DNA of 64,000 nucleotides, from assembly GCA_951406725.2 (NCBI GenBank), contig OX597815.1:85002001-85066000 (forward strand), in the 5' to 3' direction. Both the position numbers and the translations under genes were made by a program. This document shows, one piece after another, positions 11,758 through 24,388 of this stretch (positions are counted from its first letter, which is position 1; each line of letters opens with the position of its first letter). The stretch comes from Octopus vulgaris. Taxonomy: Eukaryota. The notes beneath the pieces are model-generated. The model saw only the letters and a program-made list of their open reading frames with translations, did not search any database and was not told the origin of the DNA.

Positions 11758-12973
11758 ATATATATACACATATATACACATTTTCGCCATGATAGATCGC
11801 TAGCCACTACACATTCTTTATTTCCTCTCCTGTTTCTTTATGTGTTCCTTTCTGTGGAAGAGCGTAGGCTCAAAACGTTCAAGACTTTTTCACTTCCCGA
11901 GCATTATACTAATACATCTGTTTGTTGTCTATACCACCTGTCTTCGTCTTTTGTTTTTTTGTGAATTCTCCCTATATACACATATACATGACAAGCTACT
12001 TTCAGTTTCCATTCACAAGGCTTTGGTCAACCCAAGGCTATAATAGAAGACACTTGCTCAAGGTGCCATGCAATGGGAAGCAAGCTTCTTACCATACAGT
12101 CACACCTACTATTTGTTTATTATTCTTATTTTCTTCACATAAATATCTTCTCATTTCCAGGAGAGATTGCTTTCAGAGATTGCTTTACACATGCCACCGG
12201 CACAGGTGCCAGTAAGGCAACTCTGGTAACGATCACGCTCGAATGGTGCCTTTTATGTGCCACCGACACAGAAGCCAGTTAGCCGCTCTGGCAACGATCA
12301 TGCTCAGATGGTGCTCTTGGCACCCTACTAGCACGGGCACAAGTGCCAGTAAGGCGTCGCTGGTAACGATCACACTCAAATGGTGCCTTTTATGTGCCTC
12401 TGGCATGGAAGCCGGTTAGCCACTCTGTCAACGATCACACTCGTATGGTGCTCTTTGCACCCTGCTAGCACGGATGCCACTGCTTCCTATTTACCTTCAT
12501 CTCTTCACTCCAGACCCTATCACTATCTTTCTTATCTCTGGTGAAATATTTAGATCAAAAGATTAAAATATGAATTTAAAATAACAGTAGCAACATCAGT
12601 TAGCCAGTTTTCATCTCAGCAGTTTCATTCTACCATTTCCCATACACTCATTTTTGCTCTGTTGTTCACACATCCAACAGACCATACTTGCTTCATTTTT
12701 TTCTTTGTGCACCTTCTGCATTCAGTGCATATGTTTTGCTACTGTGCAGCATTACACTTCATACACAGGTATCATGCAATCTACTCTTCACTTGCAAAGA
12801 GAACCACCATTGACTTTTGAAGTAGGAGTATGAAAAGGCATGGTGTAAAAGATGTTATCTGTCTCATTTGATTGTTTAGAGATTTGTGGTGTGCACATGC
12901 AGATTTGTTTGTGTGTGTATGTGTGTGCATGTTCATACTAGCATTTAATTATTTTAATTATCTATTTTCACAG

Positions 12974-13093
12974 AGATTGTTCTGGAATCTAGAAAATGCT
13001 GACAGTGTTGAAGATTTGAATAAAGATAATGCTGCTAACTCAGAGTTGAGCATCTTAGAAAGTCTTCTGGAGGCCATATTGAGACAGTCAGTG
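12974..13093 (+). CDS. SERAC1: SERAC1 exon (RLFWNLENAD...LLEAILRQSV)
   Basis: tttcacag acceptor, GTG|gtaagt donor, 120 nt phase 0/0, LEAI motif. Confidence 0.85.
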
Positions 13094-13266
13094 GTAAGTA
13101 AATAATTGTTGCTTTGTCTTCATTTATTTCGCACTTTTAATTGATCAGATTTTGTTATACACACCTTGACACCAATGTATGTGTAACACACACACACACA
13201 CACACACGTATGCATTGCATGGCAATTTGAAAGCACTAACAATGCAAACTTGTCAACTACATGACA

Positions 13267-13340
<74 letters not shown>

Positions 13341-13918
13341 CCGTATTTGGAAACAGACATGGGCTGGAACAGAAAAGACATCCAGCCATAGGAAGTTTGC
13401 CACAGTAAATGCACTCCAGTCCATAATAGTGTGGAAAAGGGAATGGTAAAATGATGGTGATTTTATATGTATATTTAAAACTGGGCAGTGCTTCATGAGA
13501 TTGCAGTGCTTAATTCAACATTTCCAGTAGTAAAAAACACTGTTCTTTGGATGGAGAAGAGAACTTGGCATTGGATCAGGATTCTATTTACTGTGGTTAG
13601 TTATGTAGTAGAAACCAATACACATACATCGTCCCAACAGGGAAGAGGGTCATTAAATGATGATGATGTCCACAACAACGATTATGTATGTGTGCAAGTT
13701 GGATTGGTATTTGTATGGTGTAGAATGAATGACAGTAATGATGGTGTTGCTGCAGGTGATGAAGAACATAAGAACATTGTAATCACACAAAGCAAAGCAT
13801 CAGCAATCTCTCTCTCCCACTTTTCTCTCACCGTTTATTCTCTCTTGTATTTCGCCTCTCCCTTCAATGTGGCTGAAATTGCTGTAATATAATGACAACT
13901 GTTATTACAAAAACCAAA

Positions 13919-14146
13919 ATGTGAAGGTGTGTAGTGTAGCTTAGGGGTTAGGATATATGACTCATGATGATAAGGTCATTCCTGTGAATATGTTGTGTCC
14001 TTGAGCAAAACACTTTATTTCATGTTGCTCCAGTTCACTCAACTGGCAAAAATATATAGCACCTCTATTTCAAAGGGCTAGCTTTGTCACATTCTGTGTC
14101 ATGTTGAATCTCCCTGAGAACAATATTAAAGGTACACGTGTCTGTT
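13919..14146 (+). mobile_element. tRNA-derived SINE with CORE-like body (GTGTCCTTGAGCAA.ACACTT), degenerate
   Basis: head and body match 26830-26965 (-); tail matches 45695-45770. Confidence 0.7.
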
Positions 14147-14374
14147 ATTGTAGAAAGGATTATTATTATTATTATCAAAAAAAGGCAGTGAGCTGACAGA
14201 ACCTTTAGCATTTCGCCTGCCTGCACATTCTGAGTTCAAATACTGTCAAGGTTGACTTTGCCTTTCATCTTTTCGGGGTCGTTGAAGCAAGTACCAGTTG
14301 AGCCTTGACTTATCCCCTCCACCAAAATTGCTGGCCCTGTGCCAAAATTTGAAACCATAATTATTATTATTCAG

Positions 14375-14718
14375 TGGCACGTAAGAGAACCATCCAAACA
14401 TGGCCGTAGCCAGCGCCACCCTGACTGGCTTCCGTAAAAAGCACCATCCGACCGTAGCTGTTGCCAGCTTCGTCTGGTCTCCGTGCCGGTGGCACGTAAA
14501 AAGCACCATCCGATCGTGGCCGTTTGCCAGCCTCGTCTGGCACCTGTGCCGGTGGCACGTAAAAAGCACCCACTACACTCACGGAATGGTTGGCATTAGG
14601 AAGGGCATCCAGCTGTAGAAACACTGCCAGATCAGACTGGACCTGGTGCAGCCTCCTGGCTTCCCAGACCCCAGTTGAACCGTCCAACCCATGCTAGCAT
14701 GGAAAGCGAACGTTAAAC
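14375..14718 (+). mobile_element. RTE LINE 3' UTR fragment (similar pieces at 9990-10143, 12180-12480(-), 19730-19915, 21300-21580, 29095-29436, 33975-34127, 43840-44125)
   Basis: GGCACGTAAAAAGCACC subrepeats and the shared tail. Confidence 0.85.
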
Positions 14719-14953
14719 GGCTGTGAACCAGCATAATTGTTACTGCACTGGGCAAAAGGCTTAGTGGCATTTCTTGCAGTTATTTATGTTCTTAGTTCAA
14801 ATGCCACTGAGATCAGCTTTGACTTCCAACCTTTGAGGGTCAATAGAATTAGTACCAATTGAACATTGGTGGGTGATGTAATTGACTAACCCCTATCTCC
14901 TTAAAATAGCTGGTCTTGTGCCAAAATTTGAAACAATTATTATTATTATTATT

Positions 14954-15466
14954 GAGTGAGAGAGCAGTTCATGCCATCAAAGTGACACTGGGGTAAAATA
15001 TACGAAGCCCAATATACCCATCATGACTACCCGTCTGATAAAGGTACACCAGGCACATGCATCACAACCATATGTGCGCGACATGGTGATCTCATATCAA
15101 GATAAACAGCACATGACCTTGCAGGTGGGGCCCAGTTAGAATTTTCTTCAGGTTGAGTAGCCCATCCCGCTCAAACGGTCCCTGAATAAGGGTTGTTCAA
15201 GGATGTTGAAAGAACCACCCATGTTTCCAGAGGTGAACTTTTCAAACCCCAAACAATCCCTCTCAACACATGGCTATGATGCTCCCCCACTACTTCTGCT
15301 CATGATCAGAGATGCACATATCGTCAGCCACTAAGGGACATGCTCAACTGGTTACGGTCAAACAACTGACAAGCAAATCTGTGGTATTGAGCAGAATATT
15401 TGCTGTAGCCCATCTTTTATACCAAGACAAAACAATGTACATGATAACACTTCCAATCAGTTAAGA

Positions 15467-15468
<2 letters not shown>
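14954..15468. mobile_element. unclassified ~515-bp insert bounded by (ATT)n on both sides
   Basis: sharp boundaries with ATT repeats; more GC-rich than flanks; no ORF. Confidence 0.5.
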
Positions 15469-15551
<83 letters not shown>

Positions 15552-15570
15552 TATCATTATTATCATTATT

Positions 15571-16100
15571 GCCTTTGCACAGCTTCTAACGCTGGAGATG
15601 TACTACAGTGTCAGCTGTTCACTACCAGTGAACTAAGGTAACACCCCTTATTTTTTGAGCACCTTCCGGAGTAATCAAGCGGTTCCAAGCAGTGCTGTTT
15701 TCTGCAAGTGCTCCACCCTTATAGCAGCCCCTATTTGTTCCATGTACTTCTCAAGATTTTTACTCACTGTTCCCAAGGCTCCGATAATTACTGGTACTAC
15801 TACCACCTTTTTCATCAACCACAACTGCTTAACCTCCCAAGCTAACCTGTCATATCTATCGACTTTTCTTTCTTCCTTATCGCATACCTTGTTGTCAGCT
15901 GGGCATGCTATATCTATGATCCAGCACGGTTTGCTTTCTTTCTCAATTAAGACTATGTCTGGCATCCTATTCTCTATCTCATGGTCGCACTGAATCATAA
16001 AATCCCACAGGATCTTTGCATCATCATTTTTGGTGATGCCTTTTGGTTTATGGTCGTACCAATTTTTTGCTTTGTCTTTTATGGTCATACCATTGCTGTC
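15571..16100 (-). mobile_element. 5'-truncated non-LTR retrotransposon with restriction-like endonuclease (R4/Dong-like) in a (TAA)n repeat
   Basis: ILWDF..QCD....RMPDIV...IIDIACP...K..RY..L...VPVIIGALG...LQKTALLGT; (ATT)n on both sides. Confidence 0.88.
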
Positions 16101-16181
16101 ATTATTATTATTATTATTATTAATATTATTATTATTATTATTATTATTATTACTTTTCCTGTTCTTTCCCTTCATTACTAG

Positions 16182-16344
16182 ATTGGCAATAACACAGTGG
16201 AAATAGTACAGAAAGGTGGACTGGCTCTTTTACGAAGATCTCTGTTGAGTTACCCAGGCAACGTCCATCTGCAGCAACTCTGTGCCCGTATTCTTGGTAA
16301 CCTTGCCTTACTGCCAGAAACCCATGAACGTATTGTCCAAAGTG
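16182..16344 (+). CDS. SERAC1: SERAC1 exon (ARM-like: GGLALLRR...RILGNLAL...IVQS)
   Basis: overlaps ORF 16197; GGL.LL.R and R..GN.AL motifs; tag acceptor, G|gtaaat donor. Confidence 0.92.
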
Positions 16345-16681
16345 GTAAATTCCATTGTTGCATTCATTCTCTTTTTCGTCCTTCTCCCTTCTGTTACGCT
16401 CTTAACTTTACACACTTTCTCGTTTGCCTCTTCTTTCCCCTGCCTTCTTGTTTTTCTTACCCATGCATTCAACCATATATGTGTGTGTGTGTGTGTGTGT
16501 ATGTCTTTTAAATTTGTTTTCAGGAAGCATTTTGAATATACAATTAAAGTTCCTATTCCTTTCTGCCAACCACGGTCTAATGATGCTGACTGGCGAACCA
16601 GTTTTTTGGGGTTGCATCAAGCTGTACCAATATGAAATATTAAATGTGTATAAATACCATCCAAAGATACTATATTAGATA

Positions 16682-17062
16682 CGGGAGTGGCTGTGTGGTA
16701 AGTAGCTTGTTTACCAACCACATGGTTCCAGATTCAGTCGTCGTACTGTGTGGTACCATGGCCAAGTGTTTTCCACTATAGCCTCAGGCCAACCAGAGCC
16801 TTGTGAGTGGATTTGGTAGACAGAAACTGAAAGAAGCCTGTTGTGTATACATATATGTATATATCTATGCTTTGTGTCTGTATTTGTCCCATCACTACTA
16901 CTTGACAACCAGTGATGGCATGTTTACATCCTCATAACTTAGAATAAGTACTAGGCTTTAAAAAACATAAGAACTGGGGTCAATGTGTTCAACAAAAACT
17001 CTTCAAGGCAGTGCTCCAGCATGGCTGCAGTCAAATGACTGAAACAAGTAAAAGAGTAAAAG
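16682..17062 (+). mobile_element. SINE family A
   Basis: full head-to-tail similarity to 3190-3586. Confidence 0.88.
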
Positions 17063-17349
17063 ATCCATCATTATCATCGTCATTGTCATTGTCACTTAAT
17101 GTCTGCTTTCCATGCTGGCATGGGTTGGAAAGATTATAATCCTTTCTACTACTGGCACAAGGCCTGAAATTTGGAGGAAGAGGACTAATCAATTAGTGTG
17201 TAAATGGTACTTAATTTATCAACCCCAAAAGGATGAAAGGCAAGGCTGACCTCAGTGGAATTTGAACTCAGAACATAGCATTGGGCAAAATACTGCTAAG
17301 CATTTCGTCCAGTGCGCTAACGATTCTGCCAGCTCACCACCTTTGAAAA

Positions 17350-17451
<102 letters not shown>

Positions 17452-17483
17452 TTTATATATTGATATTTGTATATTTATTGCAG

Positions 17484-17634
17484 GGTGGGTGAGTATCCTT
17501 GTGAAATGGTTGAAATCTGTGGATATAGATGTTTGCCTCAACACAGCACGTGCCTTAGCCAACATGGACATTGACAGTGCCTCAGCCATGTACCATGATG
17601 GTATTTATGTCCTCCATCCTATATACAGATCCAA
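17484..17634 (+). CDS. SERAC1: SERAC1 exon (GWVSILVKWLKS...ARALANMD...YHDGIYVLHPIYRS)
   Basis: conserved GWVS, ARxLANxD and Y.DG.YVLHP.YR motifs; ag/gt boundaries. Confidence 0.95.
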
Positions 17635-18316
17635 GTAAGTAACAATATTTTATTTTATTTTCACCCTCAGTGATTTCACCATACCCACCTCAAAAATTAA
17701 GCATTTATTAAGAGTTATTTCATTTTGGTGACATTAATGGAGAGACGAATGGTTGAGGATGATGGTAGGGGAAGCGGATGTATACTCGACAGGGTCATAT
17801 TGAGCAAGGGACACAGATATGTATGCATATACATTATGCTCCAGCGTCCATCTGCACCACCTGTTTCACCATGTTTGCAAAGGTGAGCAGGTCTTCTTGA
17901 GCACTACATGTCTCCAGTCATCTTTATCCTTTGTCATCTCCTCCATGAAACTCAACATCCTGAGATCAGTTTTCACCACTTCATCTCATGTACTTCCGTC
18001 CACCCTACCCATCCATATATAAAATAGGGTAACCCTGAATCTTCTCCTGTTCAACCTACCCACTGTTTTCCTCATCATTCCCTGGCTCACTCTCACTAAT
18101 CCTTGACATTTCTTTTTTCCCTTCTATTACTCCCTTCCTTGATATTGTTATCGTTGTTACTGTAAGTTTTATCCTTCTGTTTCTTCTATCATACATCTCA
18201 ACATTTCGACTAAAGTCACTACTCATTCTGCTTTTCTACTTCTATGTTGTGAGCGCTTTTTAGTCTTGTGAGTTACAAGGTAACTAGTTTAGGTATCACA
18301 AAAAAAAAATACACAG

Positions 18317-18725
18317 TGCGCAGGAGTGGCTGTGTGGTAAGTAGCTTGCTTACCAACCACATGGTTCCGGGTTCAGTCCCACTGCGTGGCACCTTGGGCA
18401 AGTGTCTTCTACTATAGCCTCAGGCCAGCCAAAACCTTGTGAGTGGATTTGGTAGACGGAAACTGAAAGAAGCCCATCGTATATATGTATATATATATAT
18501 GGGTATGTGTGTTTGTGTGTCTGTGTTTGTCTCCCCAGCATCGCTTGACAACCGATGCTGGTGTGTTTACATCCCCATAACTTAGCAGTTCAGCAGAAAA
18601 GATCGATAGAATAAGTACTAGGCTTACAAAGAATAAGTCCTGGGGGGTCACTTTGCTCGATTAAAGGCAGTGCTCCAGCATGGCTACAGTCAAATGACTG
18701 AAACAAGTAAAAGAGTAAAAGAGAG
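18317..18725 (+). mobile_element. SINE family A
   Basis: full head-to-tail similarity. Confidence 0.9.
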
Positions 18726-19978
18726 AGAGAGTGCATTCAGTCAAGTAAATGACATTAGTAAGGGCATCTAGCAATAGAAACCATAACATAATTGAGACAT
18801 TGGAGCAAGATAATGTCCATTTCCCCATTAAATGTATTAAGCCTTTCAACCCATGCTAGCATGGATCGGATTTAAATAAACACACACATGTACATACATA
18901 GGGCATCATATATTTGTGAACACATCTTTAGTGGGTCATAAATAGAAGATGACCATGACATGATCTCAAGTAGCATGCACTAAATTTTAACTTTTTCATT
19001 TCTCTTCGAAACATCTCAACTATATTAACATAGTAGATTCCAATGTAACCCAGGGAACAAAAAGATATGCGATGCTTGTGGCTGTAGCTGCCAAATACCA
19101 CTAGAGTAATTCAGAGATCATTAGTTCTTGAATGTGACCAAGTTCTTCATGTGTATTGTTCAGAAAGAGTTAGAGGCCTCTGTGATGGTGGTGGGAGGGG
19201 GAGGAAATGCCATTCCTTCCAAGAGACAAACATTCTCACTCGTCAAACACATTGTCAGGAAGGCCAAGTCTGTTCTGCTGATTCAGGACATCATCTATAA
19301 CAACAGTATATTGAATTTTATGTTTGATGTTTATCTTTTATTCTCAATTTTCTGCTACTTCACCTACAAATGTTTAGCTGTCATTTCCTCTATGTGACTA
19401 CTATTTCCTTCTGTACAATATTGTTCCCATTTTTCCACCAATGCCTGCCCCTCTCTCTCACCTTAATCCATCCTCAGCAACGGTCCTCTCTTTTACCACT
19501 CTAACAGTTATGATACTTTAAACAATTAGAGACAAAATAGAACAGTGAGGGTCCTGGAACAAGGTAACCTCACAAGTCCTGATTTTATGATAAATTGCAA
19601 CCAGTGCATTTTGTAAAATGGTGGTTGAATGGTTGGGAACATCATAGGCTCAAAAGGTTCCTTAGTCTTGTTTTGCCAGGGTCATGACAGTCTCTCTCTT
19701 GTACAAGTGCTACAAAGAAATGCACTTAGTTCACTCTATAAAGTAGTTGGTGTTAGGAAGGGCATCCACCTATAGACACCATGCTAAGTGAAAATGGATG
19801 AGAAAGGCGTGGTCCCTTGGTCATGTCTAGCTGGGCATTAACCCCTAAACAAGATCTGATCCAAAACTGTGATGACCTCTCCAATCCATGCCAGCATGGA
19901 AAGCAGATGTAAAATGAGAACAGTGGTGGAGGTAGTGATGTAACTAAATTTCAATCATAACGTTTTATTATTTTACAG

Positions 19979-20126
19979 GGAACCTATATATGCAGATGTT
20001 GTGTTTGTTCATGGTTTACTTGGAGGTCCATTTAAAACGTGGCGACAAGGAGGTTCTGACCAGAAAGATATTGCCGAACTGGAAGAGTCAATATCTCAAG
20101 GTCTCTATACTCGATGCTGGCCAAAG
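19979..20126 (+). CDS. SERAC1: SERAC1 exon (ADVVFVHGLLGGPFKTWRQ...YTRCWPK), start of alpha/beta-hydrolase domain
   Basis: hallmark DV.F.HGL.G..F.TWRQ and CWPK motifs; ag/gt boundaries. Confidence 0.97.
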
Positions 20127-20208
20127 GTAAGATATTCTTTTATTTACTTCCTTTCCTTTCCTCTTACTATTTCTACAGTTTTTTTAAAGTTTGAATTTTT
20201 TTTTCTTA

Positions 20209-20610
20209 CAAGACTGGGCTGAAAAGTTCATAGGGTAACTATGAAGGAGTTATGCTAGAGCTGTAAAATTTTGCATACAATAATTTCAACTTTTTCTTAT
20301 TAATAGTCACATTGTTTCTTTCCAGGTAAACTAACATCTGACTGTTCAAAAACGACTTCAAAAGTAACTAGTAATGACCTCTTGAAAATGGACAAAATTT
20401 GGCATCATCATAGTGTTATCAAGTACCTGCAGAAAAAGGATTTAGCTCCCAATAACATTCATTCTGGCATGATTGTCCTATTAGGGGATGATGCTCTAGT
20501 TTTATCAACAGTGCAAAAGTAGGTCGCTGAATTTAGGAGAGGAAGGGAGAGTCTTGAAGATAAGCCAAAGTCAGGACGTCCTGTAACTGCCACCACCAGA
20601 AAAACATTGA
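20209..20610 (+). mobile_element. mariner transposon 5' fragment
   Basis: TA plus TIR-like CAAGACTGGGCTGAAAAGT; MDKIW...VIKYL...W*/EFRRGRESLED..KSGRP HTH region from 20388; ends in (TA)n. Confidence 0.85.
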
Positions 20611-21614
20611 TATATATATATATATATATATAGGAAAGCAATAACATAGATTGTAGCATAAGTGTGTACTTGTATAGATAGTGGCATATGCCATAGTTCA
20701 GCATAAGCGTAATATAGATAGTAGCTTAGAGTTCAGCTTATCACAAATAGTAGTTTAGTAGCATAGAAAGCAACATAGAATAATTAATAGTGTAAATAAC
20801 AACATAGTTAGCTTAGTTGTAGCATAAGCATAGCATTAATTGTAACACAGTGTAGATAGAAGCATGATAGTATAGACAGTCGACTAAACCTGCAAACCAG
20901 TTTCAGTTTTCAGTTGTAATTATTTGAGAAAGAGAGGAAGATGACAACCTTCACTTCCTTATCTTTCTTAAGTCACAAAGTCTGATCCCTGATGGAGTTG
21001 ATCCTGATAATGTACACCTCTTATAAAAAAACTGACTGACTTATTGTTTTGCCTCAAATCTGCCATGCTTGAACAGACCTGTGATCAAGAGTTTTCTAAC
21101 CATAGCCACTAGGACTACTCTTTCCAGTGTAGTCTTGAAGATAGGAAGATGTAATTTGATGGAAATTTGGCTACTATTTATAGAAAGTCAACCATGTAGT
21201 GATTCCTTCATTGGCTTCATTAACTTACTAGGTGTGTGATAAGTAAATATTTACAGTATCTCCAATCAGGTATGTTCCTGACAGAGAAATTATTTACACT
21301 TAAAAGCACCATGTGAACGTGATCTGGCTCCTGTGCCGGTGGTACATAAAAAGCACCAACTGAATGTGGTCAATGCCCTGACTGGCTACCATGCTGTTGG
21401 CACGTAAAAAGCACCCACTTACACTCTCAGAGTGGTTGGCATTATGAAGGGCATCCAACTGTAGAAACCTTGCCAGATCAGATTGGAGCCTGGTGCAGCC
21501 TACTGGCTTGCCAGTGCTCAGTCAAACCATCCAACCCATGCCAGCATGGAAAGCAAACGTTAAATGATGTTGATGATGATTTTGCTGAAGAAATCTATTA
21601 TTTATTTTAAACAG

Positions 21615-21715
21615 AGCTGGTTACCTCAAGATTGCCCACATATTCGGGTTCTTACAGTCGAATATGATACCTATCTCAGTGAACTATCAGCCATATGTCC
21701 ATTCGACAGGGAAAA
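21615..21715 (+). CDS. SERAC1: SERAC1 exon (SWLPQDCPHIRVLTVEYDTYLSELSAICPFDRE)
   Basis: WL..DCP..R...VEYDT.LS....CP motif; phase 0/2. Confidence 0.95.
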
Positions 21716-22129
21716 GTAAGTATTTGAAGAATTTCATATTTTGTCTTTACACCAATTGAAGTCTGGTGTCACAGTAAACACAACTAATTCACTATGTTGC
21801 AGAATTTGGTGAGGGAAAGGGCCTCCAGCTTTAAAAGTCCTACAAGGAAACACAAGGAATTCTCCATGAAGAATTGGAGATATATTATCAATCTATAAAT
21901 AAGAGATCAATAGTTGAATAACACTACATGACATATAAATCAATATATAACAGCATTTTGTATTGCTAACGAAATTGATGACAGTAACAACAGTGTGTGG
22001 TTGTAGGGTCTAAAATTGTTGAATTACTTTTTATATGAATCAACAGTACAAACTATATATTTGCTATTAAGTAAAATACATTACTTTATACTTTGCTCAG
22101 TCTACATGGCTGATAATAGGCATCCCAAA

Positions 22130-22290
22130 GGGTGGCAAGCTGGCAGAATCGTTAGCACACCAGGTGAAATGCTTAGCAGTATTTCGTCTGCCGTTACGTT
22201 CTGAGTTTAAATTCTGCCAAGGTCAGTTTTGCCTTTCATCCTTTCAGGGTCGATAAATTAAGTACCACTTGAGTACTAGGGATGATGTCA
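22130..22290 (+). mobile_element. tRNA-derived SINE family C (other copies + 3760-3865, 14183-14360, 14740-14935, 28578-28780, 46251-46470, 60320-60450; - 17135-17345, 24590-24780, 36380-36676)
   Basis: GCTGGCAGAATCGTTAGC head, GAGTTCAAATTC B box, conserved GCCTTTCATCCTTTCGGGGTCGATAAATTAAGTACCAG core. Confidence 0.85.
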
Positions 22291-22299
22291 TCGACTATC

Positions 22300-23349
22300 C
22301 CCTTGCTTCCCAGCCAAATGGGTCCAGATTCAGTCCCATTGCATGGGCACATTGGGCAAGTGTCTTCTACTATAGCCTTGGGCTGACCAAAGCCTTGTGA
22401 GTGGATTTGGTAGACGGGAAACTGAAAGAAGCCCATCATATATATATAATAAGTTTCAAAAAACCCTAAAAAAATGTTTCTAGAACAATTCACTAAATCT
22501 CTCAAAAAATTCAAAAGTTTCAGAATTATGAAGTTTTAAAGGCGCAGGAGTGGCTGTGTGGTAAGTAGCTTGCTAACCAACCACATGGTTCCGGGTTCAG
22601 TCCCACTGCATGGCATCTTGGGCAAGTGTCTTCTGCTATAGCCCCGGGCCGACCAATGCCTTGTGAGTGGATTTGGTAGACAGAAACTGAAAGAAGCCTG
22701 TCATATATCATCATCATCATCGTATATATAGGAGTGGCTGTGTGGTAAGTAGCTTGTTTACCAACCACATGGTTCCGGGTTCAGTCCCACTGCATGGCAC
22801 CTTGGGCAAGTGTCTTTACTATAGCCTCGGGCCGACCAAAGCCTTGTGAGTGGATTTGGTAGACGGAAACTGAAAGAAGCCCGTCGTATATATGTATATA
22901 TATATGTTTGTGTGTCCGTGTTTGTCCCCCTAGCATTGCTTGACAACCGATGCTGGTGTGTTTATGTCCCCGTCACTTAGCGGTTCGGCAAAAGAGACCG
23001 ATAGAATAAGTACTGGGCTTACAAAGAATAAGTGCCGGGGTCGAGTTGCTCGATTAAAGGCGGTGCTCCAGCATGGCCGCAGTCAAATGACTGAAACAAG
23101 TAAAAGAGTAAAAGAGAGAGAGAGTATATATATATATATATGTGTGTGTGTGTTTGTCCCCCTAGCATTGCTTGACAACCGATACTGGTGTGTTTACGTC
23201 CCCGTCACTTAGCGGTCCGGCAAAAGAGACTGATAGAATAAGTACTGGGCTTACAAAGAATAAGTCCCGGGGTTGATTTGCTCGACTAAAGGCGGTGCTC
23301 CAGCATGGCCACAGTCAAATGACTGAAACAAGTAAAAGAGTAAAGAGTA
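22300..23349 (+). mobile_element. tandem cluster of SINE family A pieces (~22300-22440, 22541-22705, 22730-23118, 23140-23349; another at 23865-24058)
   Basis: repeated heads and duplicated 3' halves. Confidence 0.88.
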
Positions 23350-23450
23350 TATATTGACGAAGCCTTCCAGCTTCACAGACCCCAGTTGACCCGTCCAACC
23401 CATGCTAGCATGGAAAACGGACGCTAAACGATGATGATGATGATGATATA

Positions 23451-23835
23451 TCTCTTCTCTCTCTATATAAACGGCAGTTTGTCTGTGCGTTTTCTGTGTG
23501 TCTGTTTTCTCGTACCCTCACTCTGACCACGGCTTTCAACCGATTCTGATGAAACTTGACACACATAGCCCAATGTCATAATTCAAAACTAACGCAGCGA
23601 AAATTTTGAAAAGTTCCCCCAGTTCTGAAAAAGATCGATAAATTCGACATGGGGTCGAGAATCAGAAACCCAAACCACAGACCGTCTAGGGGACGCAACT
23701 CCACCTTTTTTAACTCTCAAAAAAAATTTACCATCATTTTTTTTCCATTTTTTTGCTATTTTTTGGCTATAACTCTCTAAAAATACTTTATAGTTATTTC
23801 CCTTACAAACCTGAGCAACGCCGGGCGATACTGCT

Positions 23836-23837
<2 letters not shown>
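23451..23837 (+). mobile_element. non-autonomous Helitron
   Basis: A|TC start and CTAG|T end; subterminal GC-rich hairpin-like CCTGAGCAACGCCGGG; GTTTGTCTGT and CCGATTCTGATGAAAC motifs. Confidence 0.75.
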
Positions 23838-23870
<33 letters not shown>

Positions 23871-24290
23871 TTGTCCCCCTACCATCGCTTGACAACCCAT
23901 GTTGATATGTTTATGTCTCCATAACTTCGCGGTTCGGCAAAAGAGACCAATAGAATAAGTACTAGGCTTACAAAGAATAAGTTCTTGGGTCAATTTGTAC
24001 CAAAGGCAGTGCTGGTAGTGCATGATCACAGTGAAATGACTGAAATAAGTAAAAGAATATATGCACACACACACACGTGTCTGCATGTTATTGTTACATT
24101 GTTATGATGTCATGTGATAGTCGTAAATGAGTATAACTATCTTGCAAGGGGTGTTCTTTATTTCTGATCATCCATGAAAATTTGTCAATTTTATGGGGAA
24201 AAATTTACTTTACTTTGAAACAGGTGAGGGTTGGTAAATATGAAACTCTTTTTCTTTTATTGGTTGATATTTATTTCTGTTGATTTCCAG

Positions 24291-24388
24291 ACGGTCATTA
24301 TTCGTTCGAGCCAAGCTAATTCTTCAAAAGTTGCGCAAAGCTGGAATTGGTGAGCGACCCATTATCTGGATCGGACACTCTATGGGGG
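24291..24388 (+). CDS. SERAC1: SERAC1 exon with nucleophile motif (RSLFVRAKLILQKLRKAGIGERPIIWIGHSMG)
   Basis: GxSxG lipase motif GHSMG; ttccag and gtaagt boundaries. Confidence 0.97.

Noticed and set aside
13488-13892. 134-aa ORF in a SERAC1 intron
   Set aside because: GTG start, no recognisable motif, low-complexity intronic sequence, not needed for the exon chain.
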